This document shows, one piece after another, positions 37,401 to 47,513 of a DNA stretch of 64,000 bases. The position numbers and the translations under genes are program-made. A model generated the notes under the pieces. The model did no database searches. It was not told the origin of the DNA and saw only the letters and a program-made list of their open reading frames with translations. Numbering within the stretch: position 1 is the first letter of the stretch; every line of letters starts with the position of its first letter. This DNA comes from an uncultured Woeseia sp. (GTDB lineage Bacteria; Pseudomonadota; Gammaproteobacteria; Steroidobacterales; UBA11654). The stretch lies in contig CAZVRH010000003.1 in assembly GCA_964629335.1 (NCBI GenBank), positions 6,212-70,211 of the forward strand, read 5' to 3'.

Positions 37401-39036
37401 ACATAATGATTTTTTCTCTAATTGAGTCAATTGCTGGATTAGAAACTTGAGCGAATAACTGTTTAAAATAATCATAAAGCAATCGAGGCTTGTCACTTAA
37501 AACAGCTGGAGCAGAATCGTTCCCCATTGAACCTAAAGGGTCTCTTAAATCATGAACCATGGGCAACAGCATAAACTCGAGTGTCTCTGTGGTGTAACCA
37601 AATGCCCGCATCCTTTTTCTTAATTCTTTGCTGTCAAATAAGGGGTCTGAACCATGTCTTTTTATATTTCTGACAACAAGACGGTTGTCGCGTAGCCAGT
37701 CTTTATAGGGCTTTGCATCAATCAAAGGTTGTTTAACCTCTTCGTCAGATAATAATTTGCCTTGTTTGAAATCTATTAAAAAAATCTTTCCGGGTTCCAG
37801 CCGACCTTTTTTTAAAATATTTTTATTTTCAATAGGCAACACCCCTACCTCACTAGCCATAACCACTCTATCATCCTTGGTGACATAGTATCGGCTTGGC
37901 CTTAGGCCGTTTCTATCTAGGACAGCACCCAATACGTCTCCATTGCTAAATGTTATGGATGCTGGTCCGTCCCAAGGCTCCATCAGATTAGAATGAAACT
38001 CATAGTAGGCTTTTCTAGACTTATCAAGTGTTTTCTTTTTCTGCCAAGCTTCTGGAACCATCATGAGTATGGATTCTTGAATGCTTCTACCGGTCATAGT
38101 CAGAAACTCTAGGGCATTATCAAAGTTTCCAGAATCTGAACAGTTAGCCTCCATCACAGGAAATAAATCAGTTATTTGCTCTCCGTATAAATCCGTGTGC
38201 ATTGACCCTTCTCTTGCTCTCATCCAGTTAATGTTTCCTTTGATTGTGTTGATTTCTCCATTGTGTGACATCATTCTGTTGGGCATAGCTCTATCCCAGC
38301 TAGGGAAGGTGTTTGTGGAAAATCTCGAATGAACCATCGCTAAGTGTGATGTAAACCTTGGGTGATTCAAATCAGGAAAAAATCTATCCAATTGATCACA
38401 TGTGAGCATGCCTTTGTATACTATGGTTTTGGATGAGAGGCTGTTTATATAAAATAAATCTGCCTCCTTAAGGTTGCTGTCCCCTCTAAGATCATTGCTG
38501 ACTTTTTTTCTAATTAAAAACAGCTTTCTTTCAAACAGCTCTTGATTGTTTTCTTCTGAGCTATCATGAACAAATAGCTGTTCAATAACAGGCATTGCTT
38601 CAAGGGCTGAAGGCCCTAGATCTGAGCCTTTTGGGTCAATTGGAACTTGTCTCCATGCTAAGTGTTGCAAGCCCTGGTTTTTACAAGCTTTTTCGATATG
38701 GTCCTTACAGATTTTTTGTTCTTTCTTCGATTTAGGCAGAAAAACGTTGCCCACAGCATAAGTGCTTGTTGTTAATGAAGTATTGTCGAATAACTTGTCG
38801 CCTATAGGCTTAAAAAACGAATGCGGTATACCGGTTAATATTCCTGCTCCGTCACCTGTATTGGGCTCAGAACCCCTTGCACCTCTGTGGTCCATATTGC
38901 GAAGAATGGTTAGTGCGTCCCGGATAATCGCTCTGCTCTGCAGTCCCTTAATATTTGCAACAAACCCAACACCACAACTTTCTCTTTCATACTGAGAATC
39001 ATATAATCCAACCTTTTTTTTTGGCTTAAAAGTCAT
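34405..39036 (-). CDS. gltB: Glutamate synthase large subunit
   Basis: 1543 aa. The N-terminal amidotransferase Cys (ERESCGVGFVANIKG), the FMN/3Fe-4S central domain and the C-terminal GXGXG domain are all recognisable. Confidence 0.95.
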   Translation of the reverse strand: MTFKPKKKVGLYDSQYERESCGVGFVANIKGLQSRAIIRDALTILRNMDHRGARGSEPNTGDGAGILTGIPHSFFKPIGDKLFDNTSLTTSTYAVGNVFLPKSKKEQKICKDHIEKACKNQGLQHLAWRQVPIDPKGSDLGPSALEAMPVIEQLFVHDSSEENNQELFERKLFLIRKKVSNDLRGDSNLKEADLFYINSLSSKTIVYKGMLTCDQLDRFFPDLNHPRFTSHLAMVHSRFSTNTFPSWDRAMPNRMMSHNGEINTIKGNINWMRAREGSMHTDLYGEQITDLFPVMEANCSDSGNFDNALEFLTMTGRSIQESILMMVPEAWQKKKTLDKSRKAYYEFHSNLMEPWDGPASITFSNGDVLGAVLDRNGLRPSRYYVTKDDRVVMASEVGVLPIENKNILKKGRLEPGKIFLIDFKQGKLLSDEEVKQPLIDAKPYKDWLRDNRLVVRNIKRHGSDPLFDSKELRKRMRAFGYTTETLEFMLLPMVHDLRDPLGSMGNDSAPAVLSDKPRLLYDYFKQLFAQVSNPAIDSIREKIIMSVECYIGPEKNILTAHEGHAHRLLIENPILTNTALYAIKHLDHGGQKSKLIDITFDISEHSSDNLKSAVIRACQEAEEAVDNGVGYLVLSDRNVGQKRAAINSLMACGAVHHHLVSSSKRTKTAIVIETAEAREVHHFCLLFGYGADAINPYLVFEVLTEARDQGLIKHTHFHRGPENRITLDSNEEVIDTYRQALIKGVLKVMGKMGISTLQSYKGAQIFEALGLSQEVVDLCFTGTTSRIEGTNFNVLEQEIRQRHSLGWPKDENTTTIGLPNPGDFHWRSQGEKKGWNPEAVWSLQFAARKNDQQAFRQFSSRSNRGAEEALSLRGLLEFKQPKGKQSDLRKVEPVNKIVKRFCTGAMSFGSISQEAHETLAIAMNRIGGKSNSGEGGEDPERYRVLKNGDSKSSAIKQIASGRFGVTANYIANAKQLQIKIAQGAKPGEGGELPGKKVDEKIASIRYSTPGVGLISPPPHHDIYSIEDLSQLIFDLKNANPKAEISVKLVAEMGVGTIAAGVVKAHADHIVISGDVGGTGASPLTSIKHAGMPWELGIAEVHQTLVLNDLRSRVTLQTDGGIKTGRDVVIAAMLGAEEFGFSTAPLITMGCIMMRKCHMNTCPVGIATQDKLLREKFTGQPEHVINYLFMVAEEVREIMASLDVRSVDELVGRVDLLNTNKALEHWKSSKLDLSPLLINSSEVREGVGLKKTIEQDHQINDVLDRTLIKKTKKSIKTKTKTNFNCLIRNTDRTTGAMLSHEVINQWGEDGLPNDTININFSGSAGQSFGAFLAKGITFNLSGDSNDYVGKGLSGGKLIIKPPEIESFKPEQNVIIGNVALYGATSGLGFFNGIAAERFCVRNSGARAVVEGVGDHGCEYMTGGIAVVLGPTGVNFAAGMSGGIAYVYDPFQDFHLKCNTGMVALESVEEEERVAELLRMVELHLRYTQSKVAENILSDWERSLESFVTVMPLDYKRVINERRERNEEVDFVFEIQDRKSDRPGV

Positions 39037-39267
39037 GCGTTTTGTTTTAGTTGTTTTTTTTATTCTTTTCTAACGTCAATTTGGTTCATACCAAACAAGC
39101 CAGATCGGCTTAAAAAGAATTCGTTAGAAATTGATAAGATCGAATTATAGCATTTTTTTGATTAATTTTTCTGTCAGCCTCGGTATCATAATGTACTAGT
39201 TATCTTTAAGTCCTTGATACCCAGAAAACACTCGGCATCAATCGGGCTAATAAAACTAAGGAAAAAT

Positions 39268-40917
39268 ATGACAGAATTTAAAATGATTGTTGACACCATT
39301 AACGGAATACTCTGGAACGACTTCACTTTATACGCGCTTCTGATGACCGGAGTGGTTTTCACATTTTGGAGCGGCTTTTCCCAATATTATGCTTTGACCC
39401 ATGGTGTTAGAGCCACCAGAGGTGATTTTGATAAAAAAGACGATCCTGGGGCGATTACACATTTCCAAGCTCTATCAACCGCTCTTTCAGCCACTGTTGG
39501 TCTTGGTAACATCGGAGGTGTGGCTTTAGCTATATCTCTTGGTGGTCCTGGAGCTGTGTTCTGGATGTGGGTGGTTGGTTTTTTAGGCATGGCAATTAAG
39601 CTCACAGAAGTTTCCTTAGCAATGATTCATCGAGATTTGACCGACCAAGAAAACCCCAGTGGTGGACCAATGTGGGTGGTTGAAAAAAATCTAGGTGGAA
39701 AAGGCCCTGTTCTCAGGTTTGCTGGAAAACTAATTGCAGGAATTTTTTGCTTTGCTTTGATTATTAACACCATTACAGCGGGCAATATGTTTCAAGCATG
39801 GAATGTAGCAAACCTAACTCAATCTTATTTTGGGGTTCCTACTTTGCTCACAGGACTCATCTTAGCCCTCGTGGTGGGCGCTGTAATTATTGGGGGTATC
39901 AAGCGGATCGGTGCTGTTGCTTCTAAACTAGTGCCCTTCATGCTAGTGCTCTACGTTATTGCCTGTATTTTTGTTCTTTTTGTTAATCTTGATGCAATCC
40001 CCAAAATGCTAAGTCTGATCGTAACCTCGGCGTTTTCACCGCTTGAAGCTAGCAATGCTTTTATAGGGGGAACGGCTGGTTATGCGTTTATGTTTGGAAT
40101 GCAAAGAGCCTTATTTTCAAACGAGGCGGGTCAGGGTTCTTCAGCTATAGCTCACTCTGCTGCAAAAACCGATGAACCCATCAGAGAAGGTGTTGTGGCG
40201 GGCTTGGAACCGTTTATTGACACTATCGTGGTATGCACAATGAGTGCTCTTGTTATTTTAGTTACTGGGATTTGGAATCGGCCTGCAGAATCGTTAGTTA
40301 ATGACTACAATTTCATAAAAAAGAGCGAGACTACCTGGCAGCTGTCGACCGACGTGGCTTCATCTATAGAGGAAGGTCAGAGAGTGTTTATAATCTATGA
40401 GGGTGACATAAACCCTAAAGCGGGCAATCGTTTACAAAAAGTGTACGGCACTGTTGAAAAAAACAACGCGATAACCTGGGACAATATTACATCGACAACA
40501 AGCCCCGAATTGAATGATAAATCTGTTTATATAGATTATGTCGGAGCAACTCTTACTGCGGCTGCGTTTGATAAAGTGGTCCCCGGTTTAGGTAAATGGC
40601 TGGTCACGCTTGCTTCTTGGTTGTTTGCTATTTCAACAATGATATCTTGGAGCTACTATGGCGAGAAGGGTGTTGCGTTTCTCTTTGGAGGCAGGGGTAT
40701 TATCCTATACAAAATAGGTTTTTGTATCCTAGCTATTTTGGCAACATCGGGGTTTATTAAAACCGATGCAGAACTCAATATGTTTGCTAATCTTGGAACC
40801 GGGTTTTGTATTATTGCAAACCTCCCAATTATTTGGCTATTTGGACATCAAGCGATGAAAGAGTACAAGGATTATATTAAAAAATTAAATGCTGGAGAGT
40901 TTATAAAAAACAATTAA
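39268..40917 (+). CDS. Sodium:alanine (AGCS) family symporter with an extra extramembrane insertion
   Basis: GAITHFQALSTALSATVGLGNIGGVALAI and NEAGQGSSAIAHSAAKT are AGCS signatures. AAGGAAAAAT precedes the ATG at 39268. Confidence 0.85.
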   Translation: MTEFKMIVDTINGILWNDFTLYALLMTGVVFTFWSGFSQYYALTHGVRATRGDFDKKDDPGAITHFQALSTALSATVGLGNIGGVALAISLGGPGAVFWMWVVGFLGMAIKLTEVSLAMIHRDLTDQENPSGGPMWVVEKNLGGKGPVLRFAGKLIAGIFCFALIINTITAGNMFQAWNVANLTQSYFGVPTLLTGLILALVVGAVIIGGIKRIGAVASKLVPFMLVLYVIACIFVLFVNLDAIPKMLSLIVTSAFSPLEASNAFIGGTAGYAFMFGMQRALFSNEAGQGSSAIAHSAAKTDEPIREGVVAGLEPFIDTIVVCTMSALVILVTGIWNRPAESLVNDYNFIKKSETTWQLSTDVASSIEEGQRVFIIYEGDINPKAGNRLQKVYGTVEKNNAITWDNITSTTSPELNDKSVYIDYVGATLTAAAFDKVVPGLGKWLVTLASWLFAISTMISWSYYGEKGVAFLFGGRGIILYKIGFCILAILATSGFIKTDAELNMFANLGTGFCIIANLPIIWLFGHQAMKEYKDYIKKLNAGEFIKNN

Positions 40918-40925
40918 CTGGAAAA

Positions 40926-41750
40926 ATGAAAACAGAAATTAAAATCAAGCCTTTTTGGTATTCCGATATTTGGTTATGGCCAAAACTTATAACAATAATT
41001 ACAACATTAGATAAAGAGGGCACGGTCAATGCTGGCCCTTATTCACACATCATGCAATACGATGTGATGACCAAAAACCCCAGAATGATTGTAGGGTTTA
41101 GGCAAGATTCACATACTTTTGTAAACATTTGTGACACCGGTGAGTTTGTTGTTAACTGTCCTAGTGCCTCACACCTAGACGACATGATGGAGACTGCTAA
41201 GTTCTACCCTGAAGGGGTAAATGAACTTGAGTTCACCTCCTTCACATCCATTCCCTCAAAAAAAGTGAAGCCCCCTAGCTTAAAAGAATGCCCCCAGATA
41301 GCAGAATGCACTGTGGATGAAATAATCAAATTAGAAAAAAGCACGGGCATTGTGATTGGAACGATAGAAGCTATCGTGGTTGATGAAAAATTGGTGGATA
41401 TGGGTAGAGAAGAAAGAATTCGCACCATGGACCTACCAATCGGCATGGGGGATGAGGCAAGGCAAATCTATTATCACACCACTATTGGTGATCTTACTCA
41501 GCACGCTTTGGGGCAGCCTAAAAACGCAATGCAAGGTGCGGACGCTGTAACTTCTATGGACTGGAACAAAGAAGCAATGACTATGCTAATGAACGTGCCA
41601 CCGCCACTAAGAAAAATGGTGATCGAAAACACAGAAGAGTTTACACAAGAGAAAAACGCGACTGTGGTGACTGCTGAACTCTTTTCCGAGCTGGCAAAAT
41701 CTGTCGGAATGGATCCTGAAGTGATGGAAAGATTTAGAAGCGGAGGTTAA
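40926..41750 (+). CDS. Flavin-reductase-like (FMN-binding split barrel) protein with a C-terminal extension
   Basis: ITIITTLDKEGTVNAGPYSH matches the flavin-reductase-like domain pattern (vTT.d..G..N..P.S). A roughly 65-aa C-terminal tail has a W..EA...L..vP...R pattern. Confidence 0.6.
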   Translation: MKTEIKIKPFWYSDIWLWPKLITIITTLDKEGTVNAGPYSHIMQYDVMTKNPRMIVGFRQDSHTFVNICDTGEFVVNCPSASHLDDMMETAKFYPEGVNELEFTSFTSIPSKKVKPPSLKECPQIAECTVDEIIKLEKSTGIVIGTIEAIVVDEKLVDMGREERIRTMDLPIGMGDEARQIYYHTTIGDLTQHALGQPKNAMQGADAVTSMDWNKEAMTMLMNVPPPLRKMVIENTEEFTQEKNATVVTAELFSELAKSVGMDPEVMERFRSGG

Positions 41751-41789
41751 ATTTATTTATTTTAGAATCTGTAAATCAATCAATATTTG

Positions 41790-43259
41790 ATGAAACTCGA
41801 AATAACAAACAAAAACTTATTCATTGAAAAAGCATACATAGATGGTCAATGGGTTGATGCTGATGACGGCTCAACCATCGATGTCTTTAATCCAGTAAAC
41901 CAAGAACTTATAGGCTGCGTGCCGAATTGTGGAGCTACCGAAACCAACGTTGCGATAAATGCGGCTGCTGAAGCACAGAAAAAATGGAAGAAATTTCCTG
42001 CTAAAGAAAAGGCTTCTACTCTTAGGGACTTTTACGATCTACTTTGTTCGAATCAGGATGATTTGGCAAAGATCCTTACCTACGAACAAGGTAAGCCTTT
42101 GGCAGAAGCCATAGGAGAAATCACATACTCTGCCTCATTTATTGAGTGGTTTGCTGAGGAGGCTAAACGTATTTATGGAGATTTGATACCTGGGCACATG
42201 CATGATAGAAGGACTATGGTTATCAAACAGCCTATTGGGGTTGTGGCTTCGATCACGCCTTGGAACTTTCCCTCAGCAATGCTGGCAAGAAAGGTTGGTC
42301 CTGCGCTCGCAACAGGGTGCTCGCTTGTATGCAAACCAGCAAAACAAACTCCTTTTTCAGCGTTGGCATTTGCTTATTTAGCGGAAGAAGCTGGTTTGCC
42401 AAAAGGTTTGTTAAATGTAATAACAGGCAATGCACAAACTATTGGTAAAGCTCTGACTGACAGTGATACGGTCCGCAAACTCACGTTTACCGGATCAACT
42501 GAGATAGGAAAGATGTTACTAAAAGATTGTGCTAAAACAGTCAAAAGGGTTTCGATGGAGCTTGGGGGACATGCCCCATTTATTGTTTTTGAAGACGCTG
42601 ATATAGAGGCAGCCATTGCTGGAGCGATAGCAGCAAAATACAGAAACGCAGGGCAGACCTGTGTTTGTGCTAATCGAATATATGTTCACCAAAATGTTTA
42701 TGAGGAATTTTCTTTGGGATTTGCCAAAGAAGCTAGGAAGCTTCAAACAGGCCAAGGCTTTGATTCCTCAGTTGATCAGGGGCCGCTTATTGATGAAGCC
42801 GCATTGGTTAAAGTCGAAGAGCATGTTGCAGATGCAAAAAACCACGGAGGAGAGGTTATTGTTGGCGGGCGCCCTCATAAGCTTGGAGGCTTGTTCTATG
42901 AGCCGACTGTTATTAAAAACGCCAATGATAAAATGCTTGTGTCATACGAAGAGACATTTGGCCCTGTCGCCCCTTTGTTTTCTTTTGCAACAGAAGAAGA
43001 GGTCATCGAAAGAGCAAACAACACTCCTTTTGGCCTTGCTTCTTATTTTTACACCAGAGATTTAGCAAAAAGTTGGAGGGTTTCTGAGCAGCTTGAATAT
43101 GGGATAGTTGGCTTAAACACCGGAATTATTTCTACTGAAATGGCTCCCTTCGGCGGCGTTAAGGAGTCCGGTATGGGGAGAGAGGGTTCAAAATATGGAG
43201 TCGATGACTATTTAGAAATTAAATACGTTTCATTAGCAGGAATAGAAGAACCATTGTAA
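41790..43259 (+). CDS. gabD: NAD(P)-dependent succinate-semialdehyde dehydrogenase
   Basis: Aldehyde dehydrogenase motifs VSMELGGHAP and NAGQTCVCANR. Overall GabD-like, 489 aa. Confidence 0.8.
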   Translation: MKLEITNKNLFIEKAYIDGQWVDADDGSTIDVFNPVNQELIGCVPNCGATETNVAINAAAEAQKKWKKFPAKEKASTLRDFYDLLCSNQDDLAKILTYEQGKPLAEAIGEITYSASFIEWFAEEAKRIYGDLIPGHMHDRRTMVIKQPIGVVASITPWNFPSAMLARKVGPALATGCSLVCKPAKQTPFSALAFAYLAEEAGLPKGLLNVITGNAQTIGKALTDSDTVRKLTFTGSTEIGKMLLKDCAKTVKRVSMELGGHAPFIVFEDADIEAAIAGAIAAKYRNAGQTCVCANRIYVHQNVYEEFSLGFAKEARKLQTGQGFDSSVDQGPLIDEAALVKVEEHVADAKNHGGEVIVGGRPHKLGGLFYEPTVIKNANDKMLVSYEETFGPVAPLFSFATEEEVIERANNTPFGLASYFYTRDLAKSWRVSEQLEYGIVGLNTGIISTEMAPFGGVKESGMGREGSKYGVDDYLEIKYVSLAGIEEPL

Positions 43260-43303
43260 TTGCTATCTTCCTAGGTATGATTCAGCAATACTGAATCACT
43301 TCT

Positions 43304-44662
43304 ATGAAAGACGAAACCCCAAAACTAACAAAAGGCTCTCCATCTAAAGCCATATTTTCAATGATGGTGCCAATGGTCATTGGTCTAATTGTCATTATAG
43401 GCAACGGGCTAGTCGATGCTTATTTTATAGGTCAACTGGGGTACGCTCAATTAGCGGCAGTTAGTTACGCCTTCCCGGTATGGTTTATTTTAGGTGGGAT
43501 TGTTATGGGTTTAGGGGTTGGCACTGCCTCATTGGCTTCGAGAGCTATAGGCTCAGGCAATAAAACGGTAGTTAGTGAAATCGCTACACATGCAATGATT
43601 CTATCTATCGTGGTAGGTGTTTTTGTCATTGCTATTGGCTTGTTAACAATTGACACGCTTTTTGGGTTTCTCGGAGCTAATGAAGAGACCATGCCTTATG
43701 TTAAGGAATACATGGAGATCTATTACTGGGGGGGCATTGTTATGGCCGTTCCAATGATCGGCAATTCAGTCATGAGAGCTTCTGGAGACGCTACAACACC
43801 GTCCATTTTAATGGCCTCTTCCGCAATCATGAATGCTGTATTAGATCCTATATTGATATTTGGTTGGTTTGGCCTTCCAGCGCTTGGGGTTAGAGGTGCA
43901 GCGCTGGCGAGCGTTTTATCAAATGTTCTGTTCCTTATTGCGTCCCTTTGTATTCTTGTTTATAGAGATAACTTAATACAGTTTACTAACCATAGCGTTA
44001 AGTCCGTTCTTGAGTCATGGAAGAAAATTCTACATGTGGGTCTGCCGGCCATAGCGAGCAATCTTATTGCTCCCGTGTCAATGGCGTTGGTCACAGCGTT
44101 AATAAGTAGTTACGGGCAAGAGGCTGTAGCAGCCTATGGTTTAGCTGGAAGGTTGGAAGCTTTAATTATTGTAATTCTCATGGCTCTGGGTGGAGCAATG
44201 TCTCCTTATGTTGGCCAAAATTTCGGTGCTAAGCGTTTTGATCGTTTGGAAGATGGTTTTAAGTTTGCTGCGAAGTTTACCTTGGGGTATTCATTGTTCT
44301 GTATTGTTTTTATGAACCTTATGGCTGATCTTCTTCTCGGGCTGTTTACCTCTGATCCTGAGGTCATAAGGGTTGCTAAAATGCAGTTACTTATTTGTCC
44401 TTGGGGTTATGGATTTCTTGGTCTAGCTGCAATCTGTAATGGTTCATTTAATGCGGTAGGTAAACCGATGCCGGCAATGATAATTTCGGTTGCTAGAACT
44501 CTTGTTGTTTATGTTCCTATGGCGTATCTGTTTGCCTCAATAATTGGTATTCAAGGAGTGTTTGTGGCTCAAGTTACGGCAAATATTATTGCCGGTTGTG
44601 TTGGAGTTTTTTGGTATAAATTGGCAATCAAAGGATTGTCTAATGAAGTCGAGACTGCTTAA
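43304..44662 (+). CDS. MATE-family efflux transporter
   Basis: 452 aa and 12 TM segments, with a typical MATE N-terminus (KAIFSMMVPMVIGLIVIIGNGLVDAYFIGQLG). Confidence 0.8.
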   Translation: MKDETPKLTKGSPSKAIFSMMVPMVIGLIVIIGNGLVDAYFIGQLGYAQLAAVSYAFPVWFILGGIVMGLGVGTASLASRAIGSGNKTVVSEIATHAMILSIVVGVFVIAIGLLTIDTLFGFLGANEETMPYVKEYMEIYYWGGIVMAVPMIGNSVMRASGDATTPSILMASSAIMNAVLDPILIFGWFGLPALGVRGAALASVLSNVLFLIASLCILVYRDNLIQFTNHSVKSVLESWKKILHVGLPAIASNLIAPVSMALVTALISSYGQEAVAAYGLAGRLEALIIVILMALGGAMSPYVGQNFGAKRFDRLEDGFKFAAKFTLGYSLFCIVFMNLMADLLLGLFTSDPEVIRVAKMQLLICPWGYGFLGLAAICNGSFNAVGKPMPAMIISVARTLVVYVPMAYLFASIIGIQGVFVAQVTANIIAGCVGVFWYKLAIKGLSNEVETA

Positions 44663-46627
44663 TTATTCAGTCTGTTGAAGTTGTGTGATAATGCTCTCGT
44701 CTTCTAGGGTTGAAATATCTTGTGTGATCTCTTCGCCTTTAGCAATAGAACGAAGCAATCGTCTCATAATTTTTCCTGATCTCGTCTTAGGGAGGTTATC
44801 AGAATATCTAATCACATCGGGTTTCGCTATTGGTCCAACCTGATCTGCAACCCACATTCTCAGCTCTTCCGTAACCTCCTTTTGCGAGCTCCCAGCGGGT
44901 CTTTCTCCTCTGGTAACAACAAATGCGAAAATACCTTCGCCTTTCACCTCATGAGGCATCCCCACCACAGCTGCTTCAGCAACATTAGGGTGTGCAACGA
45001 GTGCTGACTCCACCTCCATTGTTCCCAAACGATGTCCAGAAACATTGAGAACATCATCAATTCTTCCCATAATCCAAAAAAACCGGTCTTCATCTTGGTT
45101 GGCGCTATCGCCAGCAACATAAAACTGATTATTGAATTTTTCCCAATAGGTTTCGATATATCTCTCGTTATCTCCCCATATTGTCCTCAGCATTGAGGGC
45201 CATGGTTTTTTTATAACCAAATAACCGCCTTTATTGGTTTGTGTAACCGGTTCTCCATCCTCATCGACAATATCAGCCATAATGCCCGGTAACGGTTGGG
45301 TGCATGAGCCGGGTTTTGTAGATGTTACTCCTGGAATCGGGCTTATCATTGCTGCGCCTGTTTCTGTTTGCCACCATGTATCTACGATGGGGCATTGTTC
45401 TTTACCGATAACAGTGTGGTACCACATCCATGCTTCTGGGTTTATAGGTTCTCCCACAGTGCCTAACAGTCTTAGACTGGAAAGATTGTATTTGTTTGGA
45501 ATATGGTCACCAAGCTTCATCAATGCTCTAATTGCGGTAGGTGCAGTGTAAAATAAGCTTACCTTGTGTTTCTCACATATTTCCCAAAACCTTCCTGGAT
45601 GAGGGTGTGTTGGCGCTCCCTCATAGATTAAAATTGTGGCTCCCGCTGCAAGCGGTCCATAAGCAACATAAGTATGGCCAGTGATCCAACCAACATCAGC
45701 TGTACACCAAAAGACATCGGAATCTTTGTTATCAAATATCCAACTAAAGGTCATCTTGGCATTTAACAAATAACCGCCGCTTGAATGTTGAATCCCTTTT
45801 GGTTTTCCGGTCGAGCCGGATGTATAAAGAATAAACAAAGGATGCTCTGAGTTAAGCGGAACAGCTGTTGATTGGTTGTTTTGATTTTTGATTAGCTCTT
45901 CCCACTTGATATCTCGACCTTTATCAATGCTAACCATTTCTCCGGTTTTGTTTAACACAATCACGTTTTGAACCGTATGGTTCCAACCTTCTAGAGCTTT
46001 GTCTGTTGCTTCCTTTAAGGGTATTATATTGCCGCCACGAAATGCGCCGTCTGCGGTCACAACTATTTTTGCTTTCGCATCTTCGATCCGATCTTTGAGG
46101 GCGTTTGAAGAGAAGCCTCCAAAGACCACTGAATGAATTGCCCCAATCCGAGCACAAGCTTGCATTGCAATCACTGCCTCAGGCGACATAGGCATGTAGA
46201 TTATTACTCTATCGCCCACCTCAACACCAAGGCTGAGCAAACCGTTTGCAAATAAAGAAACCTCGTCTAATAATTCTTTGTATGAAATTTTTCTAGTGCT
46301 GCCATTTTCAGCTTCGAAAATAATGGCTGTTTTATTTGGATTGGTTTCAACGTTTTTATCCAGACAATTATAAGAAACATTAATCTCTCCATCCTCAAAC
46401 CACTTGAAATTTGGGGCTTTCTCTGTGTTTAAAATACTTGTAAAACTTTTAAACCAATGAAGGTTTTCCTCTGCCAACCTCCCCCAAAAACCTATGTGGT
46501 CTTCATGGGCGTTATTTATAAGTCTTTCAAGTTCTGCCTTTGAAAGGTTGGCCTCGCCACTAAACTTTTTTGATGGTGAAAATTGACGTGTTTCGTTTAG
46601 TATTGAATCTATTGTTTTATCTGTCAT
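44663..46627 (-). CDS. acs: Acetyl-CoA synthetase
   Basis: [14 protein letters not shown]-binding motif and the overall Acs pattern. The ATG at 46627 ([16 protein letters not shown]) avoids overlap with the upstream gene. Confidence 0.9.
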   Translation of the reverse strand: MTDKTIDSILNETRQFSPSKKFSGEANLSKAELERLINNAHEDHIGFWGRLAEENLHWFKSFTSILNTEKAPNFKWFEDGEINVSYNCLDKNVETNPNKTAIIFEAENGSTRKISYKELLDEVSLFANGLLSLGVEVGDRVIIYMPMSPEAVIAMQACARIGAIHSVVFGGFSSNALKDRIEDAKAKIVVTADGAFRGGNIIPLKEATDKALEGWNHTVQNVIVLNKTGEMVSIDKGRDIKWEELIKNQNNQSTAVPLNSEHPLFILYTSGSTGKPKGIQHSSGGYLLNAKMTFSWIFDNKDSDVFWCTADVGWITGHTYVAYGPLAAGATILIYEGAPTHPHPGRFWEICEKHKVSLFYTAPTAIRALMKLGDHIPNKYNLSSLRLLGTVGEPINPEAWMWYHTVIGKEQCPIVDTWWQTETGAAMISPIPGVTSTKPGSCTQPLPGIMADIVDEDGEPVTQTNKGGYLVIKKPWPSMLRTIWGDNERYIETYWEKFNNQFYVAGDSANQDEDRFFWIMGRIDDVLNVSGHRLGTMEVESALVAHPNVAEAAVVGMPHEVKGEGIFAFVVTRGERPAGSSQKEVTEELRMWVADQVGPIAKPDVIRYSDNLPKTRSGKIMRRLLRSIAKGEEITQDISTLEDESIITQLQQTE

Positions 46628-46640
46628 AACCGAAACATAA

Positions 46641-47513
46641 TTACAGTTTTTGGACAAGCTTGTCCAATAAATTTTCAGCCTGGGATAAATAGCCTTGGCC
46701 AAATATATTGAGGTGGTTTATGACGTGATAAAGATTGTAAAGGTCTTGTCTGTTTTTGAAACCTTCTGATAAAGGCCATGCCTTGTTATAAGACTTATAA
46801 AAACCTCCAGGAAAACCACCAAATAAAAGGGTCATAGCAATATCTGTTTCTCTATCACCGTAATAAACAGCTGGGTCAAAAATTACTGGTTCGTTTTCGT
46901 TAAGCGTGCCCCAGTTGCCAGCCCATAGGTCGCCGTGCAGCAAAGAAGGTGTTGGAGAATAGTCCTTAAAAAAAAGATCATTACCTTTAATAAGATGATC
47001 GGCTTTTATTTTGAGGGTGTTTTTATAGCCGTTTAGATACGCTAATTCCAGTTGTGGTTTAAGTCTTTGTTCTAAATAGAAGGTTGGCCAATTATTGTGT
47101 TGTTGATTATGTTGTCTGGTCAAACCAATCCAGTTATTTTCATTCAAACCAAAAAGTTCTTGTGTGTTTTTATGCGCTTCAGCAAGCTTGCTCCCTAAAA
47201 TTGATGCTGAAAGATTAGTTTTTGGTTGTAACTCTAAATACTCAAGAATAATGTATGCGCATTGTTTGGTCTCTCCGCAGGCAATAATACTGGGTGTTCT
47301 TATAGTGTTTGTTTCGGCTATTGATTTGAGTCCTCTTGCTTCAGTGGTGAGTCTATTGAAGTTGTTGTTCTGAGTAACTTTAATAAAGAAGCTTGTTTTT
47401 TCACTGTAAGCTTTTGCTTTTAAAACACCATCGGAAGCCAGATTCAGAGAGGGTTCTGAGCTTTCAAGTTTAATGCCAGAATGCTTTGAGATCTCTGGAA
47501 TTAGTTCAGACAA
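46641..47513 (-). CDS. Fructosamine/ketosamine-3-kinase family protein
   Basis: [12 protein letters not shown] catalytic-loop motif. 290 aa. Confidence 0.75.
   Translation of the reverse strand: MSELIPEISKHSGIKLESSEPSLNLASDGVLKAKAYSEKTSFFIKVTQNNNFNRLTTEARGLKSIAETNTIRTPSIIACGETKQCAYIILEYLELQPKTNLSASILGSKLAEAHKNTQELFGLNENNWIGLTRQHNQQHNNWPTFYLEQRLKPQLELAYLNGYKNTLKIKADHLIKGNDLFFKDYSPTPSLLHGDLWAGNWGTLNENEPVIFDPAVYYGDRETDIAMTLLFGGFPGGFYKSYNKAWPLSEGFKNRQDLYNLYHVINHLNIFGQGYLSQAENLLDKLVQKL

Noticed and set aside
39181-39210. dif-like sequence (GGTATCATAATGTACTAGTTATCTTTAAG) in the gltB/symporter intergenic region.
   Set aside because: The left arm matches only about 6 of 11 positions. The central region would have to be 8 nt rather than 6, and the XerD arm matches 8 of 11. 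This is not convincing without genome-wide skew data.
39037-39267. Glycine riboswitch upstream of the sodium:alanine symporter.
   Set aside because: None of the conserved GGAGAG...CACCG...GGGGCAA cores are present.
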